NCBI RefSeq assembly: GCF_027921745.1
Contig: NC_079238.1
Location: 2,170,001 to 2,234,000, forward strand
Origin: Schizosaccharomyces osmophilus
Lineage: Eukaryota
Reading direction: 5' to 3'
DNA: 64,000 nucleotides
Made by a program: the position numbers and the translations under genes. Positions 14,774 through 26,950 of this stretch are shown in pieces. A model generated the notes under the pieces. The model was not told the origin of the DNA and did not search any database. It saw only the letters and a program-made list of their open reading frames with translations. Each line of letters begins with the position of its first letter. Positions within the stretch are counted from its first letter, which is position 1.

Positions 14774-14846
14774 GGCCTCGTGGCCCAATGGTCAAGGCGC
14801 CTGACTACGGATCAGGAGATTCCAGGTTCGACTCCTGGCGGGGTCA
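14774..14846 (+). tRNA. tRNA-Arg (anticodon ACG, read as ICG)
   Basis: GGCCTCG/CGGGGTC acceptor stem, D-arm TGGCCCAATGGTCAAGG, anticodon arm CCTGA-CT-ACG-GA-TCAGG, T-loop GGTTCGACTCC, followed by a T-run terminator. Confidence 0.97.
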
Positions 14847-15166
14847 TTATTTTTGGCAACTTCAAATCTGCAGACTGCAGTAGTGATAAGCCAAGTTTTT
14901 GTTTTATGTCTTGGTAGCCTTTATTTTGCTACTGTTCAAAGCTGTTTACTTACTTGGAATTCATCGTGGTTTACTTGATTCTGCCGTATCTTTTTTTATT
15001 CTTCAATTTCGGTATTTTATATAACTTATTTCAGTAAATGTCGTTATTTGGATGTCATACGTTACCGTAGCTCTCGCTATTTGAGTCGGCTTCCTTCAAA
15101 AGGGCGTTCGTCCCTTTGCATAAAGCGTAAACAAACCTAGCAAGTTCCGATTTTGCGTCCTTGACG

Positions 15167-16192
15167 ATGTCTGCTTCAGTTCATAAAAAACTACGTTCTT
15201 TCAAATTATCCCAGATGGTATGGATTCTCGGGTGATGAAAAATTGCTAATTTTTCAATCTTTAGGATCTTGAACAATCATTATGGGACATGGCAAACCTG
15301 TTTCGTGCACCTCGCCGCGTTTATCGATCGATTAATTTACGAGTATGTAATCTCTAAGAACCCTTCTCGATGAGGACGAGTCGTAATGATCTGCTTTTTT
15401 CTAACACGCGTCTAGAAACGTATGCAAAACACTCTTTGCCCGAAAGACATCATATGAAAATACATGGGCTTCGTTTACTAATGCTTCATGCTATAGAAAC
15501 TATCAACCAGTATGGACGTGAAGACCTCTCATTTATCACCTTGTTTTCCAGTTTAATTATATTTACATCATTCTGTTGGGCCTTTTTTTTTGAAAGCTCT
15601 CTCAAAGGATACATTTCCCTTTTGTGTTCCATGCTGTTTGTCGATTTTCTGGCTGTTGGGGTCATCCTTTCCTCCATTTACTACTTTGTCGCAAAAAAGT
15701 TTCTTCTCAAGGGCATTTATCGGGAATCTGCATCCGTTGGTTCATTTCAAAATCAATTGGAATGGAAATATTGCTTTGATATTCATTGCAACTCTTTCTT
15801 TCCTGTCTTTGTACTTTTATACATTCTCCAGTTGATCCTTTTACCCATTATCAGCGGCTCAAATTTGTACGTGTATTTATTGTCTAGGTCTATGTCTTTG
15901 TCTCTAACCGACAAAAAGTGTTTCTCTATTTTTAGGAAACTCGCTTTATTTAGTTGCCCTTTGCTACTATACCTATTTAACTTTTATCGGATATCAAAGT
16001 ACGTGCTATTTTTTAAAAAAAAATCTATTGTGAGCTCTTTTTTCTAATGAATGTACAGCTTTACCCTTTCTAAAGGATACACACACTCTGTTGATTCCTA
16101 TACCCATGTTTCTCATTATGTGGGCTTTGTCACTCTTGGGTTACAACGTTCCTCAACACATTATTTCTGTGTATTTCAGAAATGATGCTTAA
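15167..16192 (+). CDS. mug16: UNC-50/Gmh1 family Golgi membrane protein (multi-exon, includes a 4-nt micro-exon)
   Basis: MSASVHKKLRSFKLSQM|DLEQSLWDMANLFRAPRRVYRSINLR|KQ|TINQYGRED. LEWKYCFDIHCNSFFP motif. FLEX box GTAAACAAAC at 15127-15136. Confidence 0.88.
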
Positions 16193-16468
16193 TCACGGTT
16201 TTTTTTGGCAGTCATGGTTTCAATTCTGCTAATTGTTATTGAGCAAACCAAAGAAATGCAATTCAACGATCCTCTTCTCCTTCTTTGTATATTAACGTAC
16301 TTGTCATGTTTCCTTAATTTTTATAACGCGAAACGATTATTTGGACACTAATCAAATCTCAAAGAGAATTTACGAACATTGTCATTTTGTAACTTTTTAT
16401 TTTTTTATTACTTTCTTTCATACACTTCTTTTCGTCGTTTCTTCGTTGCTTCTTTCGTGAATTGCCTT

Positions 16469-17656
16469 ATGAATCGTAATTGGTTAACTACAAAAGTTTG
16501 GCTTGGTACGCCAGATGTGAATGTTTCCGATCAAGAAACCCCAGACCAATATTCTACGTTTTTAGGTGATTCTCCTGTATTTTTGGAAAATGTTTCCGTA
16601 AATCCAGATGATATTCGGTGCGGAAATTGTAACTCTTACTGTCGGTTTTTGCTTCAGTGTTATGCACCCATAGAAGGTGATGAAAGCAAAGAACGCGCGT
16701 TATACATTTGGGCTTGTCACGACCAGGCCTGTAGAAGATCGTCCAAATCGGTCATTTGCCTTCGTGGTGTTCAAGTGGTCCAATATTCAAAACAGGAAAC
16801 TGAACCACCTAAAAAGGCACCTGCCGAAGAAGTTTCAAAACCAACAAAAATCAATCCATTTACCTCTTCCTCTAGTAGTACCACAAAGGCTTCTAATCCC
16901 TTCTCTAGTTCTTTTTCTTCGCCAAATCCTTTCGCCTTGTCTTCTCAGCCGTCGTCTCCTTGCCCTGATCCGCCTAAGGATGAAAAGCATTTGATTAAAA
17001 CGCAGAATTCGTTTGCTGCTATGGCACTTACTGGTGCTAACAAGAATCCAGAAACGAAAAACTCTTCTTCCGATAAAGTATATGTTGACGCTCAGAATAT
17101 GCCAATTCATCCTCAAGTCACTACTACATATGATTATCCTATGATTCCCAAATTTCCAGGCATGTTTTTGACTCTTGACTCAGAATATTTGCCGAAGTCA
17201 TTAAAGGCAAAAGAAATGAAAAAAGGTTCAAGTTCTTTAAAGATACAGGAAACTATGGACTCGTATGGAAATTGGGATAATGAGTCTTATGAGAAATCAC
17301 CTGCTGTCTATGAAAAGGCTTTTCGGAATTTTACTGATCTTATATCACATAACCCTACTCAGTGTGTGCGTTATGAACGGGGAGGGAAGCCCCTCTTATC
17401 TTCTAGTAGAGATACCGTTGGAAAAATGTTTAACAACGCTGATCCTTACACTAATACTTTACCAGTATGTTCTCTTTGCAAGTCTCCGAGAATCTTTGAA
17501 ATGCAGCTTATGCCTTACTCCATATCTGTACTCGACGATGAGGTGGCAGAATGGTCTACAATCTTGGTTGCTACTTGTTCTGTGGACTGCAGACCACCAT
17601 TAAATAAGTATCAAGTTGGCTATGCAAAGGAATGGGTTGGTATCCAATGGGAGTAA
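16469..17656 (+). CDS. PDCD2-like/Tsr4-family protein (uS5 chaperone, PDCD2_C domain)
   Basis: First ATG at 16469. CGNC..FLLQCYAP, RALYIWAC, NPTQCVRYERGGKPL, CSLC..RIFEMQLMP, EWSTILVATC. Confidence 0.88.
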   Translation: MNRNWLTTKVWLGTPDVNVSDQETPDQYSTFLGDSPVFLENVSVNPDDIRCGNCNSYCRFLLQCYAPIEGDESKERALYIWACHDQACRRSSKSVICLRGVQVVQYSKQETEPPKKAPAEEVSKPTKINPFTSSSSSTTKASNPFSSSFSSPNPFALSSQPSSPCPDPPKDEKHLIKTQNSFAAMALTGANKNPETKNSSSDKVYVDAQNMPIHPQVTTTYDYPMIPKFPGMFLTLDSEYLPKSLKAKEMKKGSSSLKIQETMDSYGNWDNESYEKSPAVYEKAFRNFTDLISHNPTQCVRYERGGKPLLSSSRDTVGKMFNNADPYTNTLPVCSLCKSPRIFEMQLMPYSISVLDDEVAEWSTILVATCSVDCRPPLNKYQVGYAKEWVGIQWE

Positions 17657-17808
17657 ATGGGTTCATTAAAAGTTTATTTATGGTTTATCAAATGAAAATT
17701 ATCACTAGGTATGGCTGAAACTAAGATGAAGTTGAAGTTTATAAAAATGTATGACAGGACTCTTTTCATTAAGCCACAAGGGCACATATCACATCTATGG
17801 TAAATGTT

Positions 17809-19650
17809 CTAATTCAGTTTAACCGTCGACTGTCCCGTATGTTCTTCTTGGACGTTGTTCACGTAGTATGTAAACTTAAACCGCATAGGTAATTCAGGAG
17901 TATCCGTAGATACGTTGGAAACGAACATTTCCTGATGAATCCCATTTTGTTGCAACGGAGACAAGCGAGTGCCAGACTGAGGTTTTAATTCCAAAGCATA
18001 CTTTTTGGGTAAAGCAATAAAAGATTGTAAGTCTTCGATACTTTTAGAAGAATTGGAATTGGAATAAGTAGCAAGTAAAACATATCTTCCATCACAAACT
18101 TTTTTAGGTGCCAATTGGAACATCACATGTTCATTAGAAAAAACAGTAGTAGGCAAAACGTTGGTGCCTGAAGGATCTGCTTGGTGAGATGATAAAGACA
18201 TGTTTGAAAAGTTTTCAGACAGAGAAATTGCGCCCACAGCTGGAGGTGTTTCAGTTCTATCGACAGAGTTTGGTATACCAGTAGGCAAATGGAGAGGACT
18301 GCTATTCTGGACGAAGGGTATCTGAGCATTTGAAGTGTTGGGTTGTATAGATGAGCCAACATCTAAGTCTATTAGCAAGTCCATGGCAGACTGAGATGCA
18401 GGAGTGGGAGCCGGATCGGTTGCGATATTCTCATTTGCATCCTTAGAAAGGTTAGAGGTTGATTGAAGGAGAGAATGAGCATTCGAAGATGTATGCTGCG
18501 CAGAGTGAAAGTCGCCTTTCAAAAGATGGTCATATTGGCTGAGTAAAGCGAGAATTAAAGACTTAAGGTCTATAACGCTACTGTAATATTCATCTGAAGA
18601 GTCCAACTCTTCCAAAATCTTGTCCACTTTAATGACAGCAGCTTTGAGGGAATAAGCAAGTTCTTCGTACAAATCACCCGCGGTGAGCTTATCCGATTCT
18701 TTTATTTCATTAAGCATTTCACCAAAAAGGGAGGCTTTTCTCTTTACCTTTTCGAGCTCGACCAAGACATGTTCCTTGTATCGGCGTTTATGTTCGGAGT
18801 CATAACCGGCCATTACCTTCATAAGTTTGTTGGCTTCCATAAGATCGTGAGGGGTACCACGACGAATGTGCTCCTGAAGTTTGGCGGACATGGCATCGCG
18901 GTCTTCTTTTTCAAGTTCTTCAGCAGTTTTCAGCACTGATTTTTGACTTAACACAGCAAGGTTATCTTTTGCTATTTCAGGGAATGTATAACCTAAGAAT
19001 GTTAGAAATCAAGCACATGACATTCATTCAAACCGGTTAGTTTGCTTATTTTACCTTTGTAAGACAAGAGTCTGTGCATGTCTCGGATGAAACCTAGGTC
19101 TTCATTGTAACGATCGGTACGGCAAATGGTTCGTCGCCATTCTTCAATAAGAGAAAGGATCATAATCTGAATTTTATTTAAACGAGAGGGAGGCCTTTCA
19201 GGAAATCGACGGACGAATTCGTTGAGGAACTCTTTGGTAGCGATTTGCAAATGAAATGCATAACCACAGTTTTTCACACAAATATCGAGAAGCTAGAAGA
19301 ATGTAGGTCATTAGTATTGATTGCAACGATGTCTGAGGGTCATACATTCAGGGCTAGATAAGCTACTGTTGGATTTCGATCATTGACTTTTCTGACAATT
19401 GCGAAAGCAGCTTCACGAGGACTAGTAAAATGAAGGGTCAGCAAAATTCCAAACCTTAAAACAGGAGTATCTTCTTCTTCACTCATACATATTTCCCTGC
19501 GCTTGATTGATCAAGTCAGTGATGTCCAAGTTTAGAGCCAAGTCGGGCTCAAACGTGAATGGTTCCGTAGCATTTTCTGACATTAGCTTTTAGTTTCTTG
19601 AATCTTAACTTACGAATTAAACGGTAAAGCTTGCGTTTTGAACTCGACAT
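17809..19650 (-). CDS. gga22: GGA adaptor (VHS-GAT-GAE), multi-exon
   Basis: Start MSSSKRKLYRLI at 19650. VHS exons (EPDLALNLDITDLINQ; KNCGYAFHLQIATKEFLNEFVRRFP), GAT (LQEHIRRGTPHDLMEANKLMKVMAGYD), C-terminal ear domain. Confidence 0.85.
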
Positions 19651-20087
19651 GAATCCTACGTTTGAATTCCTCTTGGCGTTTGGAAACTCTTCTGCTCTTA
19701 CATCGCTCGCTCAAAGACAAAAGGTCGTATAGCGCAGTACGAACCACCATTCAATAAATGTTTAGAAAATCAATAGAAGTATCGTTAATTAACAAAGCAA
19801 CACTTATTTTTAGAAAAATGGAATTCTGAGAAAGAAGAACTGCTGACCTCTTTGAATCTCTAAAATGAAAAAATCAGTTAGTGTGTATGCACTAAGAATA
19901 CGTTTATTATAAAGCATAAGCTATAGTACGCACGAACTCAATTTTGTTTTCCTCGTAAATCAACCATTCTTAACTAACAAGAAACAAACGAACCTATTAC
20001 TCCTTGTTCAATCGTTTTCATATGATATCACTACGCTTATTTTATTGAAGATCAAACCTAGGTTGATTTCTCTACTCCTAAAGACAT

Positions 20088-20876
20088 TTAAGCAAGTCCC
20101 TTAAGGGCACGTCTACGGTCACGCTCCTCAGTGATGCTGAGCTTGACACCCTTGCCCTTAGGCAAAGAGATCCAGCTCTTGTTGGTCTCACCAATAACGA
20201 AGACGTTGGAGAGACGAGTAGCGAACTCACGGTCCAAAGCATCCTTAACGTGGATGATTTCAAAGGAGCCAAGGTGATGTTCACGGTGAATGATGGTACC
20301 AACACGACCCATGTTACGGCCACCGGTGACCATAACTTGGGCAGAAGTATCAAACTTGATGAATCCTTCAATCTTGTTGGTTTCCAAGTTAAGCTTGACG
20401 GTATCGTTGACCTTGATCAAAGGATCAGGGTAGCGAATGGTACGGCCGTCATGAGTGACAATGAAGGGAATACCCTTGGCACCCAATTGGACACGCTTAA
20501 CCTTGCAAAGCTTGTACTTAGCTTCTTCAGCAGTGATACGGTGAACGGTGAAACGTCCCTTGATATCGTAAACAAGGCGGAAGTGTTCACCGGTCTTTTC
20601 AATACTGATGACGTCCATGAAACCAGTGGGGAAAGTGTTGTCAGTACGAACCTTTCCGTCGACCTTGATCAAACGTTGCATGAGAATAGCTCTAACCTCA
20701 CGACCGTTCAAAGCATACTTAAGACGGTTGCGCAAGAAGACGATCAAGGGAAGGCACTCACGAGCCTTATGAGGACCAGCAGAAGGCTTGGGTGCGTAAG
20801 TACCAGAAAGCTTGTCTAAAAGCCAGTGGTGAGGGGCGGCGACACGCTTTAAATGCTTTTTGGGTCCTCGAACCAT
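20088..20876 (-). CDS. rps4: 40S ribosomal protein S4 (eS4), 262 aa
   Basis: [23 protein letters not shown] start at ATG 20876; strongly biased codon usage. Confidence 0.98.
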   Translation of the reverse strand: MVRGPKKHLKRVAAPHHWLLDKLSGTYAPKPSAGPHKARECLPLIVFLRNRLKYALNGREVRAILMQRLIKVDGKVRTDNTFPTGFMDVISIEKTGEHFRLVYDIKGRFTVHRITAEEAKYKLCKVKRVQLGAKGIPFIVTHDGRTIRYPDPLIKVNDTVKLNLETNKIEGFIKFDTSAQVMVTGGRNMGRVGTIIHREHHLGSFEIIHVKDALDREFATRLSNVFVIGETNKSWISLPKGKGVKLSITEERDRRRALKGLA

Positions 20877-20925
20877 TTTTGGTGGATGCTGTTTCCTCAA
20901 GCCAAAATTTGGGCCTAATGCTATA

Positions 20926-20933
20926 TGTGACTG
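20926..20933. promoter_or_regulatory. Homol D box of a ribosomal protein gene promoter
   Basis: TGTGACTG (CAGTCACA on the gene strand) about 50 bp upstream of the rps4 ATG. Confidence 0.85.
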
Positions 20934-21307
20934 CTTTGCTTTCGTTTACTGAGAGTGTTATAAACTACAACGTACTACCGTATAATACGGTAGTAAACTA
21001 CCATTCTGAAAGTTTAGGAATCAAAATAAACATAAGAATGCAAACTCCTGTTGGCATGGTATTGTAAAGTACACGATACAGCTAAAAAAATCGGCATTGA
21101 AATGAGAGTGTAATACATGCCACAGGCGAAGGCTTGTGTTTACAGAAGAATGCTTTGAGCTACACACAAATATATGGGATTCTGGTATACATAAGAAACA
21201 ATAAAATAATGTTATATAGTCGTCACTCGTAAATTTTTTAGAAAGTTTTTAAAGGATGTTGGGAGAAATTGATGAGAGAAAAGGAGGATCCAAAAAAAAA
21301 GAATTAA

Positions 21308-22388
21308 CTAACTTACAAATTTTATGTTAGGACGCACAGAATTATTAACCTGGCGTTGCAAATCACTTGACACATGCTTGATGCCTTCCTCTCCACCCTT
21401 TTTGGGTAGTTCAGAAGGATGAGTAGGGCGTGGTAAACAGGAAAAGTAAGGATGTTCTAAGGCTTGTTGAGCCGTAGGCCTGCTGTAAGGATCATAATCG
21501 AAAAATTTCTTTAGTAGGTCCAATTCTTCAGTCCCAGCCGCCGAAAATAATGCTTCCATTCCTCCACTTGGGGGTGGAATGGCTTTCATGTCAACATAAT
21601 TGGGTAGTTGTTTCATCCTCTGCAAAACGGCCGGCTCCGGACTACCTAAAGCGCGGAAAATGACACTCAACTGATCCAAGTCTGTCTCACCTGGAAGATA
21701 AGGAGTACGAAGCATAAGTTCTGCGAAAATACATCCAACGCTCCACATATCAACGCCAGTTCCATAGCTTCTACAACCCATGAATAATTCCGGAGGTCTA
21801 TACCACCTAGTGATGACCTGGTGACTCATGTGATTAGGCATACCATAATCTCTAGAAAGACCAAAATCTGCTAGTTTTAAGACTCCATCGCTAGAGATCA
21901 GAAGGTTATTAGGTTTCAGATCCCGATGCAGGATAAAGCGAGAATGAATATGGTGTAAACCTCGAAGAAGCATAAGCATCCAGGCCTTGATATGTGCTGG
22001 TTGGAAAACGATAAACTTGTCCTTGATAAGCATTTCCAAATCACTGTCAAGAAACTCAAGGATGATATTAAGATTCGACTTGGTTGCGAATACATCCATC
22101 AACTCGATTACATTGACATGTCTCGTTTCCTTTAGAAATTTAATTTCACGTAAAGCACTCAAATCAATTCCGTCTTTGAATTGTCCCACTTTGATTTTCT
22201 TAATAGCGACTCTTCGGTTTGTTTCCTTCTGGCGACCTATACCACGTCTCGTTTAGTATTTGATAAATTAAAATATTAACAGATAATGACAATTCATCCA
22301 ACATACCTAAAAATACCACTGCATATGTTCCTTCACCTACTTTACGCTCTTTCACATAGGACCATTTGGTTGACTTTTCGATATCCAT
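21308..22388 (-). CDS. mcs6: CDK7/TFIIH-CAK kinase Mcs6 (1 intron)
   Basis: GEGTYAVV, GIDLSALREIKFL, HRDLKPNN, DFGLSR, T-loop HMSHQVITRWYRPPEL. Confidence 0.95.
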
Positions 22389-22809
22389 AACGTTTGCACT
22401 TATACTATCGAGCTTAAAGAAAATCCCAAAATACTTTATACTAATACAACTTGAGTCTCAAACCCTAGCATAAAGCTGCAAAGTTTCCACCCGTTGGGTT
22501 TTGAAGGTGTAGTGCTCGTTCCTCTTCTGAAGAAAGTACAGCTTTTGTAAAATTATATCTTTCTGGCTCTTTGCTTTTAAGAAAATAAAGAGTGGATAAT
22601 CTTTAATAAGTTTACTGATTTTGAATTTACTTTACCGTAACAGAACACAGATGCTACTTAATTGTTGCTAGTTTAGGTAGATAAATTTACATAAAGTTGT
22701 TAAGTCAGCAAATGTATAGTTAAGTTCCTATTCAATAGCTGGTTCTTCTATATGGTACTACCTAGAAAGCACTGCACTCTATAGCTGCTACAGTTAATAT
22801 ACTTAAGTC

Positions 22810-22822
22810 TTTGTTTGTTTAC
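22810..22822 (-). promoter_or_regulatory. Extended Mei4 FLEX element upstream of the permease gene
   Basis: tttgtttgtttac, i.e. GTAAACAAACAAA on the minus strand. Confidence 0.7.
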
Positions 22823-23401
22823 ACTTAAGGGTAAGATCATCTTTGGGTACTAAAAGTGAGAATGGGATTGCCTTCTTTTAATTATAATTCAGCTAATAAT
22901 GATATGATTACCTGTATCAATTAGCATAGTTGTATAAACAACTGCGAAGCCAAAGGTGATTCAGCCTCAATTGAAGCAAACAGATATATTGTCGAAACTT
23001 AAAAGCTAAGTACTATTTCTCCTCTTCTTAAATAATTAGACGCCTATGTATCAAGGTCAATTACCTATAAACAGTCTCAATTGATGTCAAAAACCTGTAA
23101 CTCATGAGACAGCCGATTCCATCATCATAAGAACATAGTCTTTCAAAACAGTTCAAAAACCCACATGTCCCTCTCACTTGCTTCTAGTACTGCATTCAAC
23201 AACATATTCTTTTTTTGGATAAACATTGAATAGAGCATTTTTGATCAATATCCAAAGACATAAATCTCTTAATTCGCCCACAATCTAAGCGATTACCCAT
23301 TCATTCCTTTATTGCTCTTTCATCTTAAAAGCCACAATCGCACAGACTCAAGATACTTTCAATATCGATCTTCTTGACAATTTGCATAAATCAAATTGTT
23401 C

Positions 23402-25177
23402 ATGACCTCCAGTTTTTACGAAGACATTAATACAAACCTTGAAAAGGCGATGCTTAAAGATACAGAAAGATCAAGTTCACCCCTCGACAAAAAATCTCCG
23501 AGTTTTGAGCATATCGATCATGACCTAGAAAGCAACGTGGAGGTTAAAACCAGCGAGGATGACAAAGGCCTAAAAAGACAGCTAAAGCCCCGCCATATGC
23601 GGATGATTGCAATTGGAGGTTGCGTTGGAACAGGACTGTTCGTTGGTTCTGGAAACGCATTAGCAGACGGCGGTCCAGCTAGCATTATCATAGCATTCAC
23701 TGTGATTGGACTCTATGTCTTATTTACCACAAGCGCACTTGCTGAGCTTTCAGTTCTCTATCCCGTCTCTGGTTCTTTCTATACATATTTCTCCCGCTTT
23801 ATCGATCCAGCATGGGGCTTTGCTGTTGGAATCCAATATTGGTTATCTTTTGCGGTTACAGTCCCATTAGAACTCACAGTGGCCCCCCTTATTATCAACG
23901 TCTGGCATGCCCCAGGACGTGCATCTGTATGGATTACAGTCTTCTATGTACTAATCATCGGGATCAATATATGGGGAACGAAAGGGTATGGCGAGGTCGA
24001 ATTTGTTTTGAGCATCGTCAAACTGATTGCCGTTTTCGGTTTTCTACTCCTTAGTATCATTATTGCCGCTGGAGGGGTACCGACAGATACCAGAGGTGTC
24101 ATTGGCGTCTCCTATTGGAAACCGCCTTTAACGTTCAATAACGGGATTAAAGGCTTTTGCGCAGTTCTTGTCATAGCAATCTTTTCACTTTCCGGTACAG
24201 AATTAGTAGGACTAGCAGCTGCTGAAGCAAAAGACCCACATAAGACAATCCCAAAAGCAGTGCGTCAAATATTCTGGAGAATTATCCTGTTTTACGTGCT
24301 AGCATTGTTTATGCTAACATTGGTTATACCTTCCAATAACCCGCATCTACGCACTTCTGGTGATTCTGAAGCTCTGTTATCGCCGTTTGTAATCGCCATT
24401 AGGTTAGCAAATATCAAAGCACTTCCAAGTGTTATGAATGCAGTGATTCTTAGCTCAACACTTTCGGTTGGTAATTCCGCATCATATGCGGCTTCAAGGG
24501 CGCTCTTCGCTTTAGCCAAGAATGGTTTTGCGCCAAAATTTTTGCTGAAGACGAATAAGAGAGGACATCCAGTGTATGCGATAATCATAACTCTATCACT
24601 CGGAAGCATTGCATACTTTACAGAAGCAGGAATCGGAGGAGCTCTTTTCGGATGGCTTTTGTCCATTTGCGGACTCTCCACTACGTTTATTTGGGGAAGC
24701 ATTTGTCTCAGTCACATTCAATTTAGAAGAGCATGGAAAGCACAAAATCATTCTTTAATAGAGCTTCCATATCTCAGTATGTTTGGAATTTATGGATCTA
24801 TTTATGGAGTTGTCATGACATTTATAGCACTTGCAGCACAGCTTTACGTGGCAATATTTCCAATTGATCGGGCGCCAAATCCTATTAGTTTCTTTCAAGC
24901 GTATCTAGCAGCTCCTCTATTGGTTATCAGTTACACTTCATGGAAACTTTTGAAAAAAACGAGCATTGTTAACGTAAACGAAATCAATCTTGAAGAGGGC
25001 ATGCAAGTTGAACCAAATGTTGAGCAACGAATAGAAGAAAAGCCTTTAGATGAAGATATTCTTCCCATGGTCCCAAGCAAAATGGATAGTGAGAAGAGCA
25101 GTCAATTTAGTATATGGCAAGATAAGGATGCGACGACTATCGTTACACCGGAGCCTATATGGCCTAACAAGTCTTAG
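23402..25177 (+). CDS. meu22: APC/YAT family amino-acid permease (syntenic with meu22)
   Basis: LKPRHMRMIAIGGCVGTGLFVGSG, YGEVEF, FSLSGTELVGLAAAE; about 12 TM segments. The symbol is from synteny plus the upstream FLEX box. Confidence 0.85.
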   Translation: MTSSFYEDINTNLEKAMLKDTERSSSPLDKKSPSFEHIDHDLESNVEVKTSEDDKGLKRQLKPRHMRMIAIGGCVGTGLFVGSGNALADGGPASIIIAFTVIGLYVLFTTSALAELSVLYPVSGSFYTYFSRFIDPAWGFAVGIQYWLSFAVTVPLELTVAPLIINVWHAPGRASVWITVFYVLIIGINIWGTKGYGEVEFVLSIVKLIAVFGFLLLSIIIAAGGVPTDTRGVIGVSYWKPPLTFNNGIKGFCAVLVIAIFSLSGTELVGLAAAEAKDPHKTIPKAVRQIFWRIILFYVLALFMLTLVIPSNNPHLRTSGDSEALLSPFVIAIRLANIKALPSVMNAVILSSTLSVGNSASYAASRALFALAKNGFAPKFLLKTNKRGHPVYAIIITLSLGSIAYFTEAGIGGALFGWLLSICGLSTTFIWGSICLSHIQFRRAWKAQNHSLIELPYLSMFGIYGSIYGVVMTFIALAAQLYVAIFPIDRAPNPISFFQAYLAAPLLVISYTSWKLLKKTSIVNVNEINLEEGMQVEPNVEQRIEEKPLDEDILPMVPSKMDSEKSSQFSIWQDKDATTIVTPEPIWPNKS

Positions 25178-25331
25178 GACACAAAATAACTAGTTAAATT
25201 TATAATACTTTTTGGAAACCCACAGATTCGTTTTGCATAATCATTCTTTCATTCCCTTAGGAATAGAAATAGTGTTAGCATTAGTATTATATTCGATACA
25301 TCTATGCATATTCGTATTTATACGCAAAAGG

Positions 25332-26000
25332 TTAACGGAAGTTTTGATTATCTTCATTAGCTGTAGTCGACGATAGTTTACGTGAGAATAGTTGATCCAT
25401 CACTGTTTCTGCTGCATGGTTCATGATGTCCTCATTCGTGTTGGAATCTGAACCATTCAAAAAGATGCTAGAAGAATCTGATTCGTCTTTGGTAGGAAGG
25501 GAAACAAAAACATCATTTGGATTATTAAAAGCGTGATTGATTAAGTTTTCTAATCCGTTCATGTCGACAACGTATTTTTTGCTGTCGGCGAAGTAAATCT
25601 TCGCCAACTGTTTAACCAATGCCTTTTTTGAATTATACTCCTTTTTATAAATGTTATCCTGCTTCATTTGGTTGTGCAACTCTGCGTCGGGATCTGGCAG
25701 AGGGTAAGTATCGGGAGCAATTCCCGGGACTCGAATATCCACTCTTTCGTTTTTCTGCTTCACTGCTGCACGATGTCTTTGCACAGTATCCTTCAATCTT
25801 GCGGATGCTTCTTCACTGTGCTTCATGGCTGATTCAGCTTCTGCGGCATAGTCTTTTCGGGCAGCTCTGACTGCCTCCTTGTAATCGTGGCGCAAAAGAC
25901 CGGCATCTTTTTGGCACGGTCCTGTGCTTTGGAATCTTTTACAAAATGAGAAGACGATGGAAGTCCGAGAGGAACGTGAAAACTTGTTGATTGAGAGCAT
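25332..26000 (-). CDS. Uncharacterised protein with a mitochondrial-type presequence and coiled coil
   Basis: ATG at 26000, MLSINKFSRSSRTSIVFSFCKRFQST (Arg/Ser-rich, no acidic residues); 222-aa ORF. Confidence 0.7.
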   Translation of the reverse strand: MLSINKFSRSSRTSIVFSFCKRFQSTGPCQKDAGLLRHDYKEAVRAARKDYAAEAESAMKHSEEASARLKDTVQRHRAAVKQKNERVDIRVPGIAPDTYPLPDPDAELHNQMKQDNIYKKEYNSKKALVKQLAKIYFADSKKYVVDMNGLENLINHAFNNPNDVFVSLPTKDESDSSSIFLNGSDSNTNEDIMNHAAETVMDQLFSRKLSSTTANEDNQNFR

Positions 26001-26890
26001 GTTGGAATTTGAAGTACCATAAACGATAGAAAACGAATGCAATTTTGGTTATGTGTACAAAAGAAATCAAAAAAAGGTTACCAAAGACTCCCAGTTTCGC
26101 AAAACGCGTAAAACAAATGTCAAGAAATTACTACAAAAAAACTTTGTAAACAAAAGACTCCAAATTAAATAATTCCTTGGAAAACCCTACCAGAAAAAAA
26201 CCGTTATTCTGCAGAGTGAATGGGTTTCGAGAATGCTATGGAGGTGCAAAGGTTAGGTAGAGCCTTAATCTCTTGGCAGTTCTTCTCATGTCCTCGTTTG
26301 GTTTTAGTGGACATGGCTAACGATGAGTAGTAGCGGCACTGTTCCTCTTGTTAAATGAGAATAGCGCTACGTAAAGCGCTTTCCTTGGTAAATAAATATA
26401 GTTATTGAATAAATTAACCAAAAAAATCACACCAAAGAAACGATGAATGAATCATTAGAAAAATCGTAAAATTTTTTTACTAATGAAAATAGAAATAAAG
26501 CTTATGGAGGAGTCTGTAGTGTTGAGAGCACCATAATAAATATTATGAAACGTAAACGTCTTTACAAATCCAATGAATGCATGCTATTGTATGAGGAATT
26601 CACAAAAACGAATATTACTTTCCATTAGTTATTGAACAAGAATACTACCGAAAAAGCACGAAATAAGATATTCCAAAATGGAATGCTTTTGCATTTGTGT
26701 TTTTGTTTACTAATGAAGGATCAAGACCATCGTTAAACAATTCCGTTTTCGCTGGAAGCATAAAGAAAAAATGAAATTCTTCTCTATGAAGCTAAACAAA
26801 TAATTAAAACCATTTTCATACATTTTTTTCGAATATACTATGTATTTTGTTCGACCCATTTCATATATATTACCCTTTTTTAACATATAC

Positions 26891-26924
26891 AGGGTTAGGG
26901 TTGTCATCAAAAGTAGCTATAAAA
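26891..26924 (+). promoter_or_regulatory. U5 promoter: AGGGTTAGGGTT (AACCCT-box/TTAGGG-type) plus TATA box
   Basis: agggttagggtt at 26891-26902 and tataaaa at 26918-26924, about 30 bp upstream of U5. Confidence 0.55.
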
Positions 26925-26950
26925 GCGGTCTTACTCGCACTTATGTTTTC

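Noticed and set aside
14657..14917. 86-aa ORF on the + strand
   Set aside because: It runs across the tRNA-Arg gene and has no recognisable protein features.
20250..20819. 189-aa antisense ORF over rps4 (also 57170-57898 over kgd2)
   Set aside because: Antisense shadow frames caused by strong codon bias in highly expressed genes.
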